A DNA stretch of 64,000 nt. Source: Candidatus Omnitrophota bacterium. GTDB taxonomy: Bacteria > Omnitrophota > Gorgyraeia > JACQQV01. The position numbers and the translations under genes were made by a program. The stretch lies in assembly GCA_016206785.1 (NCBI GenBank), contig JACQQV010000048.1, positions 65,889 to 129,888 of the forward strand, given 5' to 3'. Shown piece after piece: positions 49,225-58,236 of this stretch. The notes under the pieces are model-generated. The model was not told the origin of the DNA, searched no databases, and was given only the letters and a program-made list of their open reading frames with translations. Numbering within the stretch: position 1 is the stretch's first letter; each line of letters opens with the position of its first letter.

Positions 49225-51162
49225 GTGTACAATGCCGTTGAATGGTTGGGCCCTCAAGGACCCCTCACCCACGCCCTTTCCCACTACGAATACCGCGCTG
49301 TTCAACTCGACATGGCAAAGGGCGTAGAGGATGCGCTCTCTTCCGGCCGGCATCTTGTGGTGGAGGCGGGGACGGGGGTGGGGAAAAGCTTCGCATATCT
49401 CATCCCTGCCATCCAGTATGCCCTGCAACATCAAAAGAAGGTCGTGGTCTCTACCTACACGATTAGCCTCCAAGAACAGTTGATTCAAAAGGATATCCCG
49501 ATGCTCGCCCAAGCGCTTCCGATACCCTTTCGTGCGGTTTTGGTAAAGGGGAGAGGGAATTATCTTTCCCTTCGGCGGCTCAAACGGGCGGTCGAACATT
49601 CTTTTGACCTTTTCGAGAAGGATGAGTCGGTGGAAGAACTCGGGAAGATTCTGGGCTGGTCGACAGTAACGAAAGAGGGTTCCCTTCAAGATCTCCATGA
49701 GGAAGTTCATGAAGGGGTGTGGGATAAAGTCGTTTCTGATGTGGATAATTGCTTGGGGAAAAAGTGCCCCACGTACAGGCAGTGTTTCTTTTTTTCCGCA
49801 AGGCGCAAGATGGAAGAAGCGGACCTTCTCATTGTGAATCATCACCTCTTTTTTTCAGATCTTTCCCTCCGTCGAGGAGGTCTTTCGTTTCTGCCAGACT
49901 ATGACACAGTCATCTTTGATGAGGCGCATACCATGGAGCAGGTGGCCGCGGAACATATGGGATTTGAACTTTCCAATGGCCAAGTCCGTTTTCTACTCGA
50001 TAGTCTCTTGAATGCAGAGGGGACAAAAGGGTTTCTGATCTCCTTGGAGGACCCCGCCACCCGAAAAAGGGTTCAGAGGGCCCGACGAGAAGCCCAAGGA
50101 TTCTTTAAGGAGGTGGAGGAGTTTCTGAAAGAGTTCCCTGAGGCGAAAAGGGTGAGGGAGGAGGGGGTCTTCTCGGGGGCTCTCGTCCAATCCTTAAGAG
50201 ACATTCGCAACTCCTTGGGAGAGGTTTTAAAAGAGGCGCGAAACAAAGAAGAAGAACTCGATATCCAATCCTATCGGAAGCGGTGTGAGGCGATCGCTTT
50301 TTCTCTTGAGCGGTTCCTGAAGCAGGACCTTGGGAACTATGTCTATTGGGCAAGCCGCTCCAAAGGGCGACTGAGGAGAATAACCCTTCATGCAGCACCC
50401 ATCCATTGCGGCGAAATTTTACAGAAGGAACTCTTTCAGAAAGTTCGTAGCATCGTTATGACGAGTGCGACTCTTGCCACGGAAGGAAATTTTCAGTACT
50501 TCAAGGAGCGGCATGGGATCTTAGAGGCGGATGAGATGCTTCTCGGTTCACCGTTCAATTATCGGAAGCAAGTGACGCTGAGCATCCCCGTCGGTATGCC
50601 GGACCCAGCGGATTATGAGCGATTCAGAGACTACATCTCTTTGAGGGTCCGAGAAAGGCTTGAAGGGGCAGAGGGAGGGGTCTTTGTCCTTTTTACCAGT
50701 TACCGATTGATGAGAGATGTCTATGCCCTTTTGAAACCCTTTTTGGATGAAAGAGGTCTCCAATCCTTTCAACAAGGAGAATCCTTGAGTCGGCATGAGA
50801 TGTTGCAAGCGTTTAAGGCAGATGGAAATTCTGTCCTTTTCGGAACCGACAGTTTTTGGCAGGGGGTCGATGTCCCGGGAAAGGCCTTAAGTCAAGTGAT
50901 TATCACAAAACTTCCTTTTTCTGTACCGGATCATCCTATGATCGAGGCGCGGATTGAGGAGTTGGAGGCGAGGGGAGAGGACCCCTTTTTAAGTTATACA
51001 CTTCCGGAAGCGATTCTTAAGCTCAAGCAAGGGTTTGGAAGACTCATCCGCACCCAAAAGGATGAAGGGAGCATTGTGATTTTAGATGACCGCATCCTAC
51101 GCAAGCCTTATGGACAACGGTTTCTCAAATCGCTTCCAGCATGTGAACTCTTAATCGGATAA
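49225..51162 (+). CDS. dinG: DinG/XPD-family ATP-dependent DNA helicase (Fe-S)
   Basis: Walker A AGTGVGKSFAYL, DEAH box (VIFDEAHTMEQ), Cys cluster CLGKKCPTYRQC, C-terminal helicase motifs. Confidence 0.85.
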   Translation: MYNAVEWLGPQGPLTHALSHYEYRAVQLDMAKGVEDALSSGRHLVVEAGTGVGKSFAYLIPAIQYALQHQKKVVVSTYTISLQEQLIQKDIPMLAQALPIPFRAVLVKGRGNYLSLRRLKRAVEHSFDLFEKDESVEELGKILGWSTVTKEGSLQDLHEEVHEGVWDKVVSDVDNCLGKKCPTYRQCFFFSARRKMEEADLLIVNHHLFFSDLSLRRGGLSFLPDYDTVIFDEAHTMEQVAAEHMGFELSNGQVRFLLDSLLNAEGTKGFLISLEDPATRKRVQRARREAQGFFKEVEEFLKEFPEAKRVREEGVFSGALVQSLRDIRNSLGEVLKEARNKEEELDIQSYRKRCEAIAFSLERFLKQDLGNYVYWASRSKGRLRRITLHAAPIHCGEILQKELFQKVRSIVMTSATLATEGNFQYFKERHGILEADEMLLGSPFNYRKQVTLSIPVGMPDPADYERFRDYISLRVRERLEGAEGGVFVLFTSYRLMRDVYALLKPFLDERGLQSFQQGESLSRHEMLQAFKADGNSVLFGTDSFWQGVDVPGKALSQVIITKLPFSVPDHPMIEARIEELEARGEDPFLSYTLPEAILKLKQGFGRLIRTQKDEGSIVILDDRILRKPYGQRFLKSLPACELLIG

Positions 51163-51178
51163 GAAAGGGTCAAGAAGA

Positions 51179-54097
51179 ATGCCTGCACTCCTTGAAGACA
51201 AGCTCTTGGAGGGGCTTAACGAAAAGCAGACTGAGGCGGTCACACATGGAGAAGGACCGCTCCTCATTATTGCGGGGGCAGGGACAGGAAAAACCTCTGT
51301 CATTACGCGCCGTATCGCCTATTTGATCGCCACCAAGCAGGCCCGTCCCGAGGAGATCCTTGCCCTTACCTTTACCGAAAAGGCCGCCTCGGAGATGGAG
51401 GAGCGGGTGGATCTGCTCGTTCCATATGGGTATACGGAGACATGGATTTCAACATTTCACGCCTTTGGAGACCGAATCCTCCGAGAATGCGCCCTTGAGA
51501 TCGGTCTTTCTCCCGATTTTCAAGTGTTGACCAAGCCGGAGCAGATCATTTTTTTCCGCGAACATCTTTTTGAACTTCCTCTGGAGTATTATCGACCACT
51601 CAGCGACCCCACCAAGTTTATCGATGCCCTTTTGACCGTCATTAGCCGCGCCAAGGATGAGGATATTGGCCCCAAGGCCTATCTTGACTATGCCGAGTCC
51701 CTCAGAAAAAAAGCAAAGAAAGATCCGAAGGATCCTGTTCTCAAAGAGGAAAGTCAAAAGACGCTTGAAATTGCTAAGCTGTATGAAGCCTACCAGAAAC
51801 TTCTTCTGAAGGAAGGGAAAATCGACTTTGGAAATCAGGTCTATCTTACCCTCGAACTTTTCCGAAAACGGCCGTCGGTTCTAAAACGGTACCGCGAGCG
51901 GTTTAAGTACATTCTGATTGATGAATTCCAAGACACGAACTTTTCCCAATTTCAGTTGGTGAAACTTCTCGCCGCTTCCAAGAACAACATTACTGTCTGC
52001 GGTGACGATGATCAGTCGATTTATAAATTCCGGGGAGCGGCGATCAGCAATATCCTCGGTTTCCTCGACCATTACCCCAAGGCGGCACAGGTTGTTCTGA
52101 CGCGGAACTACCGTTCTACCCAAAGGATTCTCGATCAGGCCTATCGTCTCATCCGATACAATAACCCTGACCGTCTGGAGGTCCGAAGTCAGGTGGATAA
52201 GCGTCTTCAAGGCGAACCAGGCGGGAGCGCGGTTGAGCATTGGCATTTTGACACGGTTTCGACCGAGGCCGATGAGGTGGCCCGTTTCATTGAAGAGCGC
52301 GCCCAAAAAGGGGAAATGAACTACGAAGACTTTGCAATCCTGGTCCGTAGCAATAACGACGCGGACCCTTTTCTCCGGGCCTTGAATATGCACAATATCC
52401 CTTGGCGTTTCACGGGTAACCAGGGACTCTATCAGAGGGAAGAGGTGAGGATCGCCATTTCATTTCTGCGCCTTATGGCGGATGTCCACGACAGCCTCAG
52501 CCTCTTCCATTTGATGAGTTCCGAGATATGGATGTTTGATATGTTAATTCTCAACCAACTCTCCACCCTTTCCCATAAAAGAAATCGATCCCTCTCCTCC
52601 GTCCTGAAGGAGCTCCCATCCCTTGAGTTAGAAGGCTTGACGCAAGAGCACCGTTTGGCAGGCGGAAAGATCGTTGAGGCGTTAGACGCATACCTCCGCA
52701 AGTCGCGGACGTTGACCACTGGGCAACTCCTCTACGATTTTTTAAAAGGGTCTGGGTATCTTTCAAAGCTCAGTCGAGAGGAAACGGTTGCCTCGGACGC
52801 CAAACTTCAGAACCTGGCCCGGTTTTTTGAACTTGTTCGTAATTTTGAGACCCTTTCAAAAGAGGATCGCGTAAACCGTTTTGTGACCCATCTCGATATG
52901 CTGATGGAAGCGGGAGATGATCCTGCTGTCGTGGAGGCGGAACTCGATCTTCCCGCTGTAAATGTTTTGACGGTTCATAAAGCAAAGGGGCTCGAGTTTG
53001 AGGGGGTGATCCTCGTGGGCCTTGTGATGGGGCGATTCCCGTGGCCTCGCCGTCGGGATCCTATTGAATTGCCAGAGCCACTCGTTCAAGAGATCCTTCC
53101 CGTGGGTGATTTTCATCTCCAGGAAGAACGACGACTCTTTTATGTGGGGATGACACGGGCCAAAAGGGAACTCATCCTCACCTCCTCTCTCGATTATGGG
53201 GGAAAGACGACTCGAAAAGTGAGTCAGTTTATCCTCGAGGCACTCGATCTGCCAAAAGAGAGCGTTTCTTTGAGAAAAAGTTCTCCCCTTGAAGTCCTTG
53301 ACCGCTCGGCGGTCAAGGGGTCCTCTGCGGAGGGAACGTTGCGAAAAATCGGAGAAGAGGAACTTCTAACGCTAAGTCACTATCAGGTCGACGATTACCT
53401 GAGCTGTCCTCTTAAATACAAGTACGTTCACATCCTCAGAATTCCCGTGACCCAACACCATACGGTGATCTATGGCCGGGCGATTCATGCAGCCGTTGAG
53501 GCCTATTATCGCGCCCGCCTCGAGAAGCAACCTTTCACAGAAGAGGAGTTGGTCAAGACCTTTGAGGAAACGTGGGCGAGCGAGGGATTCCTCTCCCGCG
53601 AGCATGAAGAGCGCCGGCTCGCGACAGGCCGTGAAGTTCTCCACCGCTTTTACCTTGAGGAAAGCAAAAAGAATCTTCTTCCTACGGCGGTCGAGAAAGA
53701 GTTCGGCTTTGTCCTTGGGAAAGACAAGATGATCGGCCGTTGGGACCTCATTTATGAGACAAAGGAAGAAGTGGTGATTGCAGATGTCAAAACGAGTGAA
53801 ATTCGTACGCAAGAGCGGGCAGATGAAAGGGCGAAAGAAAGCCTTCAGCTTTCGATTTACACGTTGGCGTATAAAGAAATCTTTGGGAGATTGCCTGACC
53901 GGGTTGAGTTGAGATTCTTGGAGTCGGGATTGCGTGGAAACAGTACCCGCACTGAAAAAGCATTGGAAGAGACGGTGGATAAGATTAAAGAGGCCTCTCA
54001 GGGGATTCGGGCGCGGGAGTTTACCCCGAAACCTGCCTATCAGGTGTGCCGCTATTGTGCCTATCGTGAGATCTGTCCCTATGCGGTGCGAGGGTAA
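51179..54097 (+). CDS. UvrD/PcrA-type helicase fused to C-terminal PD-(D/E)XK Cas4/AddB-like Fe-S nuclease
   Basis: Helicase motifs I (AGAGTGKTS), II (DEFQDTN), IV-VI; C-terminal D...ADVK, QLSIYTLAY and 4-Cys set (CPLKYKY ... CRYCAYREICPY). Confidence 0.85.
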   Translation: MPALLEDKLLEGLNEKQTEAVTHGEGPLLIIAGAGTGKTSVITRRIAYLIATKQARPEEILALTFTEKAASEMEERVDLLVPYGYTETWISTFHAFGDRILRECALEIGLSPDFQVLTKPEQIIFFREHLFELPLEYYRPLSDPTKFIDALLTVISRAKDEDIGPKAYLDYAESLRKKAKKDPKDPVLKEESQKTLEIAKLYEAYQKLLLKEGKIDFGNQVYLTLELFRKRPSVLKRYRERFKYILIDEFQDTNFSQFQLVKLLAASKNNITVCGDDDQSIYKFRGAAISNILGFLDHYPKAAQVVLTRNYRSTQRILDQAYRLIRYNNPDRLEVRSQVDKRLQGEPGGSAVEHWHFDTVSTEADEVARFIEERAQKGEMNYEDFAILVRSNNDADPFLRALNMHNIPWRFTGNQGLYQREEVRIAISFLRLMADVHDSLSLFHLMSSEIWMFDMLILNQLSTLSHKRNRSLSSVLKELPSLELEGLTQEHRLAGGKIVEALDAYLRKSRTLTTGQLLYDFLKGSGYLSKLSREETVASDAKLQNLARFFELVRNFETLSKEDRVNRFVTHLDMLMEAGDDPAVVEAELDLPAVNVLTVHKAKGLEFEGVILVGLVMGRFPWPRRRDPIELPEPLVQEILPVGDFHLQEERRLFYVGMTRAKRELILTSSLDYGGKTTRKVSQFILEALDLPKESVSLRKSSPLEVLDRSAVKGSSAEGTLRKIGEEELLTLSHYQVDDYLSCPLKYKYVHILRIPVTQHHTVIYGRAIHAAVEAYYRARLEKQPFTEEELVKTFEETWASEGFLSREHEERRLATGREVLHRFYLEESKKNLLPTAVEKEFGFVLGKDKMIGRWDLIYETKEEVVIADVKTSEIRTQERADERAKESLQLSIYTLAYKEIFGRLPDRVELRFLESGLRGNSTRTEKALEETVDKIKEASQGIRAREFTPKPAYQVCRYCAYREICPYAVRG

Positions 54098-54098
54098 G

Positions 54099-54878
54099 AT
54101 GAGAAAAATCAGGTGGGCCTCTCTCTTTTTCTTCCTCATCCCTCTCATTGCCTTTGCAGAGATTCCGAATTTCCATGAAGTGGAAGAAGGTTTTTTCCGG
54201 GGAGGCCAACCTGAAGAGGCGGAACTCCAGGCATTAAAAACCTTGGGGTTTCGTACCGTTGTTTCTCTTCGGAATGAGAGGAGCCTTATCCGGTGGGAGG
54301 AAGAGCTCGTCGAGAAAAGCGGCATGGCCTTTGTCAGCATTCCAATGACGTGGTGGAAAAGCCCGACACAAAAACAGGTCCAGACCTTTCTCGATGTGGT
54401 GAGACAGCCGGAACGACGACCTCTCTTTTTGCATTGTCGGGAAGGTCGCGACAGGACAGGGGCGATGGTGGCGTTGTACCGAATTGTAGAGGCCCGTTCG
54501 GTGGAGGAGGCCTATACAGAAGCCAAGCGGTACGGCTTTCGGGAAGGTGCCATTCCTCTTAAGCGATTCATCTTGGTGAAGGCAAAAGCGTTTAGGGTTC
54601 TGAAAACGGATCCTCTTCCAGAACCGTTTTCAGGAATCGCATTCCTTTTTTATGCGTTTGAGGGGGTGGTCGGACTCTTGAGTTGTTGGGGAGGAATTCT
54701 CTGTTTAAAACGGCCTGATCTAGCCATCCGTATTCAGAAGAGATTTTATGAGATGATCAATTGGCGACTTTCGCCCGTCTCCTTGGAAAAGGAACTTCGC
54801 AATACGCGGATCATGGGAGGAATACTCCTCCTTTGTTTTCTTGCGCTCGTGGTTCTCCTTTTTATCTTTTCTATTTAA
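54099..54878 (+). CDS. extracytoplasmic CX5R protein-tyrosine/dual-specificity phosphatase-like protein with C-terminal TM anchors
   Basis: Signal peptide MRKIRWASLFFFLIPLIAFA; HCREGRDRTG P-loop; two C-terminal hydrophobic helices. Confidence 0.75.
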   Translation: MRKIRWASLFFFLIPLIAFAEIPNFHEVEEGFFRGGQPEEAELQALKTLGFRTVVSLRNERSLIRWEEELVEKSGMAFVSIPMTWWKSPTQKQVQTFLDVVRQPERRPLFLHCREGRDRTGAMVALYRIVEARSVEEAYTEAKRYGFREGAIPLKRFILVKAKAFRVLKTDPLPEPFSGIAFLFYAFEGVVGLLSCWGGILCLKRPDLAIRIQKRFYEMINWRLSPVSLEKELRNTRIMGGILLLCFLALVVLLFIFSI

Positions 54879-55149
54879 AAAATTCCCTTAAAGAGCCTTC
54901 GACTTTTGGCACTATCTCTTCCCAGTCCGCGGCAGGGTCTTTACCCACCGAAATAAAATTGTTGAGGATAAAAAGGGTCTTCACACCCGGAATTTGAAGA
55001 AGTATCTTCGCCAAGGGCGATTTCTCCGCTTCTTGAAGGGAAGAATAGGTTTCGCTTTTTTCCACAAGTTTTCGAGTCAGGGTGAATTTGATGCTGTTCG
55101 GATTGGGGGTTGGCTCTACGATGACGTCGATCGGTTCCTGGATGGACAT
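54871..55149 (-). CDS. Nfu/NifU N-terminal-domain-like Fe-S scaffold family protein
   Basis: EPTPNPNSIKF motif typical of the Nfu_N domain; the only minus-strand gene in this neighbourhood. Confidence 0.65.
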   Translation of the reverse strand: MSIQEPIDVIVEPTPNPNSIKFTLTRKLVEKSETYSSLQEAEKSPLAKILLQIPGVKTLFILNNFISVGKDPAADWEEIVPKVEGSLREFFK

Positions 55150-55251
55150 AAGATTCTCCTTTCCTTCAGAACCGCTTTATTGTATCATAGAGCCACTTCC
55201 TTGAAAAGATTAAAACTTCTCCTTTTTATTTTTATTCTTTTTTTTCTTTCG

Positions 55252-55827
55252 AGTGTGGCAAAGGATCTCTTTTTCCAGTTTCTCTTTGGAAACGGCATCG
55301 CACAAGTCACCGGCCTTCGGACTTCCATTGCCGCATTTCATCTCTCCCTTCTCTCCTCCCATGCAGAAGCGAAGGAGATCCTTCTTTACAACCCCAAGGG
55401 ATTCGAGGATCCTATTTTTGCCCGGATTTCAGATTTTTTCTTTGAGCTCGACCTCGCCGCACTCTTAAGAGGCGACTTCCATTTGTCAGAAAGCCAATTT
55501 GTCCTGGAGGAGCTTTTCCTTGTCAAAAACCGTGAAGGAGTTACCAATGTGTCACGTCTGAGGGCGTCCCTTTCTCAGAGGGATAACCGAGAGCCTGTTC
55601 GGTTACAGATTGATCAACTCGATTTCGCCGTTCTCAGAATCATCTGTAAGAATTATCAGACGACCCCTCCGACTGTTCGGGCATTCCACCCTGAGATTCA
55701 CGACGAACATCTTGAGGGACTCCGGGGTTCCCAAGAAACTGTCCATGCGATTCTTAAGGAGACCTTTGCGCATCCCAGAGTATCCCCTCATGTGACCGAT
55801 TTTGGCGATCTTCAAGAGAAACGATAA
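55252..55827 (+). CDS. hypothetical protein (GTG start), translationally coupled to the downstream exonuclease
   Basis: Stop TAA 55825-55827 lies 1 nt before the ATG at 55829. The upstream part of the long ORF (54994-) overlaps nfu on the opposite strand and is rejected. No domain recognised. Confidence 0.4.
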   Translation, partial: SVAKDLFFQFLFGNGIAQVTGLRTSIAAFHLSLLSSHAEAKEILLYNPKGFEDPIFARISDFFFELDLAALLRGDFHLSESQFVLEELFLVKNREGVTNVSRLRASLSQRDNREPVRLQIDQLDFAVLRIICKNYQTTPPTVRAFHPEIHDEHLEGLRGSQETVHAILKETFAHPRVSPHVTDFGDLQEKR

Positions 55828-55828
55828 G

Positions 55829-56419
55829 ATGGAAAAAAACCCGATTGTCTTGGATCTTGAAACACAAAAACTCTTTAGCGAGATCGACCGGGGGAAACGG
55901 CATCTCCTGAGGGTTTCTGTGATCGGCATTTACGATTACGGTCAAAAAAACTATTTCGTTTTTGAGGAGAAGGAGATCTCAAAGTTAGAGCCGTTTCTGC
56001 AACAGGCCTCCTTCCTCATCGGGTTTAATATACGGGAGTTCGATTTACAGGTCTTAAAACCCTATCTTGTTTCTTCTTTGGATCATGTCCCGATCATCGA
56101 CCTCTTGGAGGAGATCGAGCGGAGCCGGGGGCATAAGGTGAGCCTCCAGAGCGTGGCCCAGGCAACCCTTAAAGAGGGAAAGAGTGGCTCAGGGTTGGAA
56201 GCGGTGCAGCTCTTCAAAGAGGGACGGTTAGAAGAACTCAAGCGTTACTGCTTGGATGACGTTCGAATCACTAAGGAGATCTACGAGTATGGGAAAAGGG
56301 AAGGGAAAGTCTACTTTTTCTCCAACCGGGACTGGCAAACGCATGAAATTCGTGTGCAATGGGGAGACAAAGCACCCGTTTGGGGGGAGAAGAAACCGTT
56401 TCCTTCGACTCTTTTTTAA
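55829..56419 (+). CDS. DEDDy-type 3'-5' exonuclease (DnaQ-like/RNase-H-like, COG3359-like)
   Basis: Exo I VLDLET, Exo II FNIREFD, Exo III YCLDDVRITKEIY. Confidence 0.75.
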   Translation: MEKNPIVLDLETQKLFSEIDRGKRHLLRVSVIGIYDYGQKNYFVFEEKEISKLEPFLQQASFLIGFNIREFDLQVLKPYLVSSLDHVPIIDLLEEIERSRGHKVSLQSVAQATLKEGKSGSGLEAVQLFKEGRLEELKRYCLDDVRITKEIYEYGKREGKVYFFSNRDWQTHEIRVQWGDKAPVWGEKKPFPSTLF

Positions 56420-56483
56420 TAGTTTTTTAAATGGGCACGTTGCAACATTTTTATTCACAATAGGTTATAAATAAAAAAAAATC

Positions 56484-56512
56484 TTGACAAAAAAAGTTGA
56501 ATATTTTATAAT
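56484..56512 (+). promoter_or_regulatory. consensus sigma70 promoter TTGACA-17-TATAAT for cspA
   Basis: Exact hexamers with 17-nt spacer; A-rich UP-like tract upstream. Confidence 0.65.
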
Positions 56513-56518
56513 GGACAT

Positions 56519-56659
56519 GAATTGGAGCAAGGGTTTTTGTTTCAGAATTTAGACAAAACACAAAGAAGTGACCGCTAACGGACTCTTTTGAAGCTCTGGG
56601 AGCGGTTTTTTTATTTGCTATAGCTCCAATGTGTTGAAAAAAAGGAGGAAGTACGTCTG
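56519..56659 (+). promoter_or_regulatory. structured about 140-nt 5' UTR of the cold-shock protein gene
   Basis: Long-range pairing attggagc (56521-56528) with gctccaat (56632-56639); internal hairpin ccgct...agcgg + T7 (56573-56612); SD AAAGGAGGA before ATG 56660. Confidence 0.5.
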
Positions 56660-56860
56660 ATGGTTAAAGGTACCGTGAAGTGGTTCAGCGACCAAAAAGG
56701 GTATGGATTCATCACACCGGAGAATGGCAAAGATGTGTTTGTTCATCATTCTGCTATTAAGGGCGAAGGATTCAAGACCTTGCGCGAGGGACAGGCAGTC
56801 GAGTTTGAGATTGTCCAAGGTCCTAAAGGCGAGCAGGCCGCAAACGTAGTTAAATTATAA
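56660..56860 (+). CDS. cspA: cold-shock protein (CspA family)
   Basis: [36 protein letters not shown]1/RNP2 motifs; 66 aa. Confidence 0.95.
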   Translation: MVKGTVKWFSDQKGYGFITPENGKDVFVHHSAIKGEGFKTLREGQAVEFEIVQGPKGEQAANVVKL

Positions 56861-56883
56861 GCTTCGCTCATAATTTAACTCAA

Positions 56884-56914
56884 CACCCCAGTCGAAAGAC
56901 TGGGGTGTTTTTTT
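56884..56914 (+). terminator. rho-independent terminator after cspA
   Basis: acaccccagtc-gaaa-gactggggtgt followed by T7. Confidence 0.8.
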
Positions 56915-56964
56915 GTGTTCTACCTTGTGTCTTTATTGGAGATTTGCTAAAATAAGAAACTGCG

Positions 56965-58218
56965 ATGAAAAATGTACTGGCCATTATCTTAGGGGGAGGG
57001 CGTGGGGCGAGGCTTCTGCCTCTTACGAAGTACCGTGCCAAACCTGCAGTCCCCATCGCCGGAAAATACCGCTTGATTGACATCCCGATCAGCAATTGTC
57101 TTAATTCCGGCTTCAACAAGATCTATATTCTCACCCAATTCCTCTCCGAATCCCTCAACAAGCATATCTCTCGGACCTATAAGCTGGACAGTTTTTCACA
57201 TGGCTTTGTGGAAATCATTGCGGCGGAACAGTCGATGGAAAAGACAGACTGGTTCCAAGGAACGGCCGATGCGGTTCGTCAGAGTCTTAAACATTTTACA
57301 GATCCCCGATTTGAATATTTTCTCATCCTTTCCGGGGACCAGCTCTACGCGATTGACTTGCGGGAGGTCATGAAAACGCACCTCGAAAAGGGGGCGGAGG
57401 TGACGGTCTGCTGCAAACCGATACCGGCTGAGGAGGTTGCCCAGTTAGGGGTGATGAAGGTCAATCGGGAGGACCGCATCACCCATTTTGTGGAGAAGCC
57501 CCAGGATCCTAAACTCCTCCAGGAGATGTCGTTTGTGAAGGGGGGACGAAAGTTCGCGCTGGCCTCCATGGGGATTTATGTGTTCAACAGGGGGGTCCTG
57601 AAAGAACTTTTGACCACCAATGACAAGACAGATTTTGGCAGAGGGATTATCCCAGATGCCATTCCGGCGCGAAAAGTGTATGCCCACCTTTTTGAAGGCT
57701 ATTGGATCGATATCGGAACCATTAAAACCTATTATGAAGCGAGTTTAAGCCTCACCTCCAAAAATCCCCCCATCAACCTTTATAACGAAGAGTGGCCTTA
57801 CTATACGCGCGGTCGATCCCTTCCGATTTCGCGGCTTGACCAAAGTCACATCGAATGTTCCGTGGTGGCCGACGGTTCCCTTATTGAGGGGGCAGAGATT
57901 CGTCATTCTGTCATTGGGCTTCGAAGCGCCATTGGTGCTGGGACAAGAATTGAATCTTCCATCCTCATGGGAAACGATTATTTCGAAGACGGCCTCTCCC
58001 ACGAAAAGAACCAAAAAGAAGGGATTCCCGACCTCGGTATCGGGAAAAATTGCCTGATCCAGAAAGCGATTATCGACAAGAATGTGCGGATCGGCGACAA
58101 CGTCAAAATTATAAATCCACAGGGGAAAACCCACTTTGAAGGACCCTATTTCATGATTCAGGATGGGATTACGGTCGTTGAAAAGAATGCCGTGATCCCT
58201 TCTGGGACCACGCTTTGA
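56965..58218 (+). CDS. glgC: glucose-1-phosphate adenylyltransferase
   Basis: LAIILGGGRGARLLPLTKYRAKPAVPIAGKYRLIDIPISNC signature; C-terminal left-handed beta-helix. Confidence 0.92.
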   Translation: MKNVLAIILGGGRGARLLPLTKYRAKPAVPIAGKYRLIDIPISNCLNSGFNKIYILTQFLSESLNKHISRTYKLDSFSHGFVEIIAAEQSMEKTDWFQGTADAVRQSLKHFTDPRFEYFLILSGDQLYAIDLREVMKTHLEKGAEVTVCCKPIPAEEVAQLGVMKVNREDRITHFVEKPQDPKLLQEMSFVKGGRKFALASMGIYVFNRGVLKELLTTNDKTDFGRGIIPDAIPARKVYAHLFEGYWIDIGTIKTYYEASLSLTSKNPPINLYNEEWPYYTRGRSLPISRLDQSHIECSVVADGSLIEGAEIRHSVIGLRSAIGAGTRIESSILMGNDYFEDGLSHEKNQKEGIPDLGIGKNCLIQKAIIDKNVRIGDNVKIINPQGKTHFEGPYFMIQDGITVVEKNAVIPSGTTL

Positions 58219-58236
58219 ATTCAAAACCCAATAGGA

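Noticed and set aside
53372-54340. 322-aa minus-strand ORF
   Set aside because: Antisense to the UvrD-nuclease and phosphatase genes.
54994-55251. 5' portion of the 277-aa + ORF (54994..55827)
   Set aside because: Overlaps the Nfu-like gene on the opposite strand; the only Met is at the far 5' end; coding more plausibly starts at GTG 55252.
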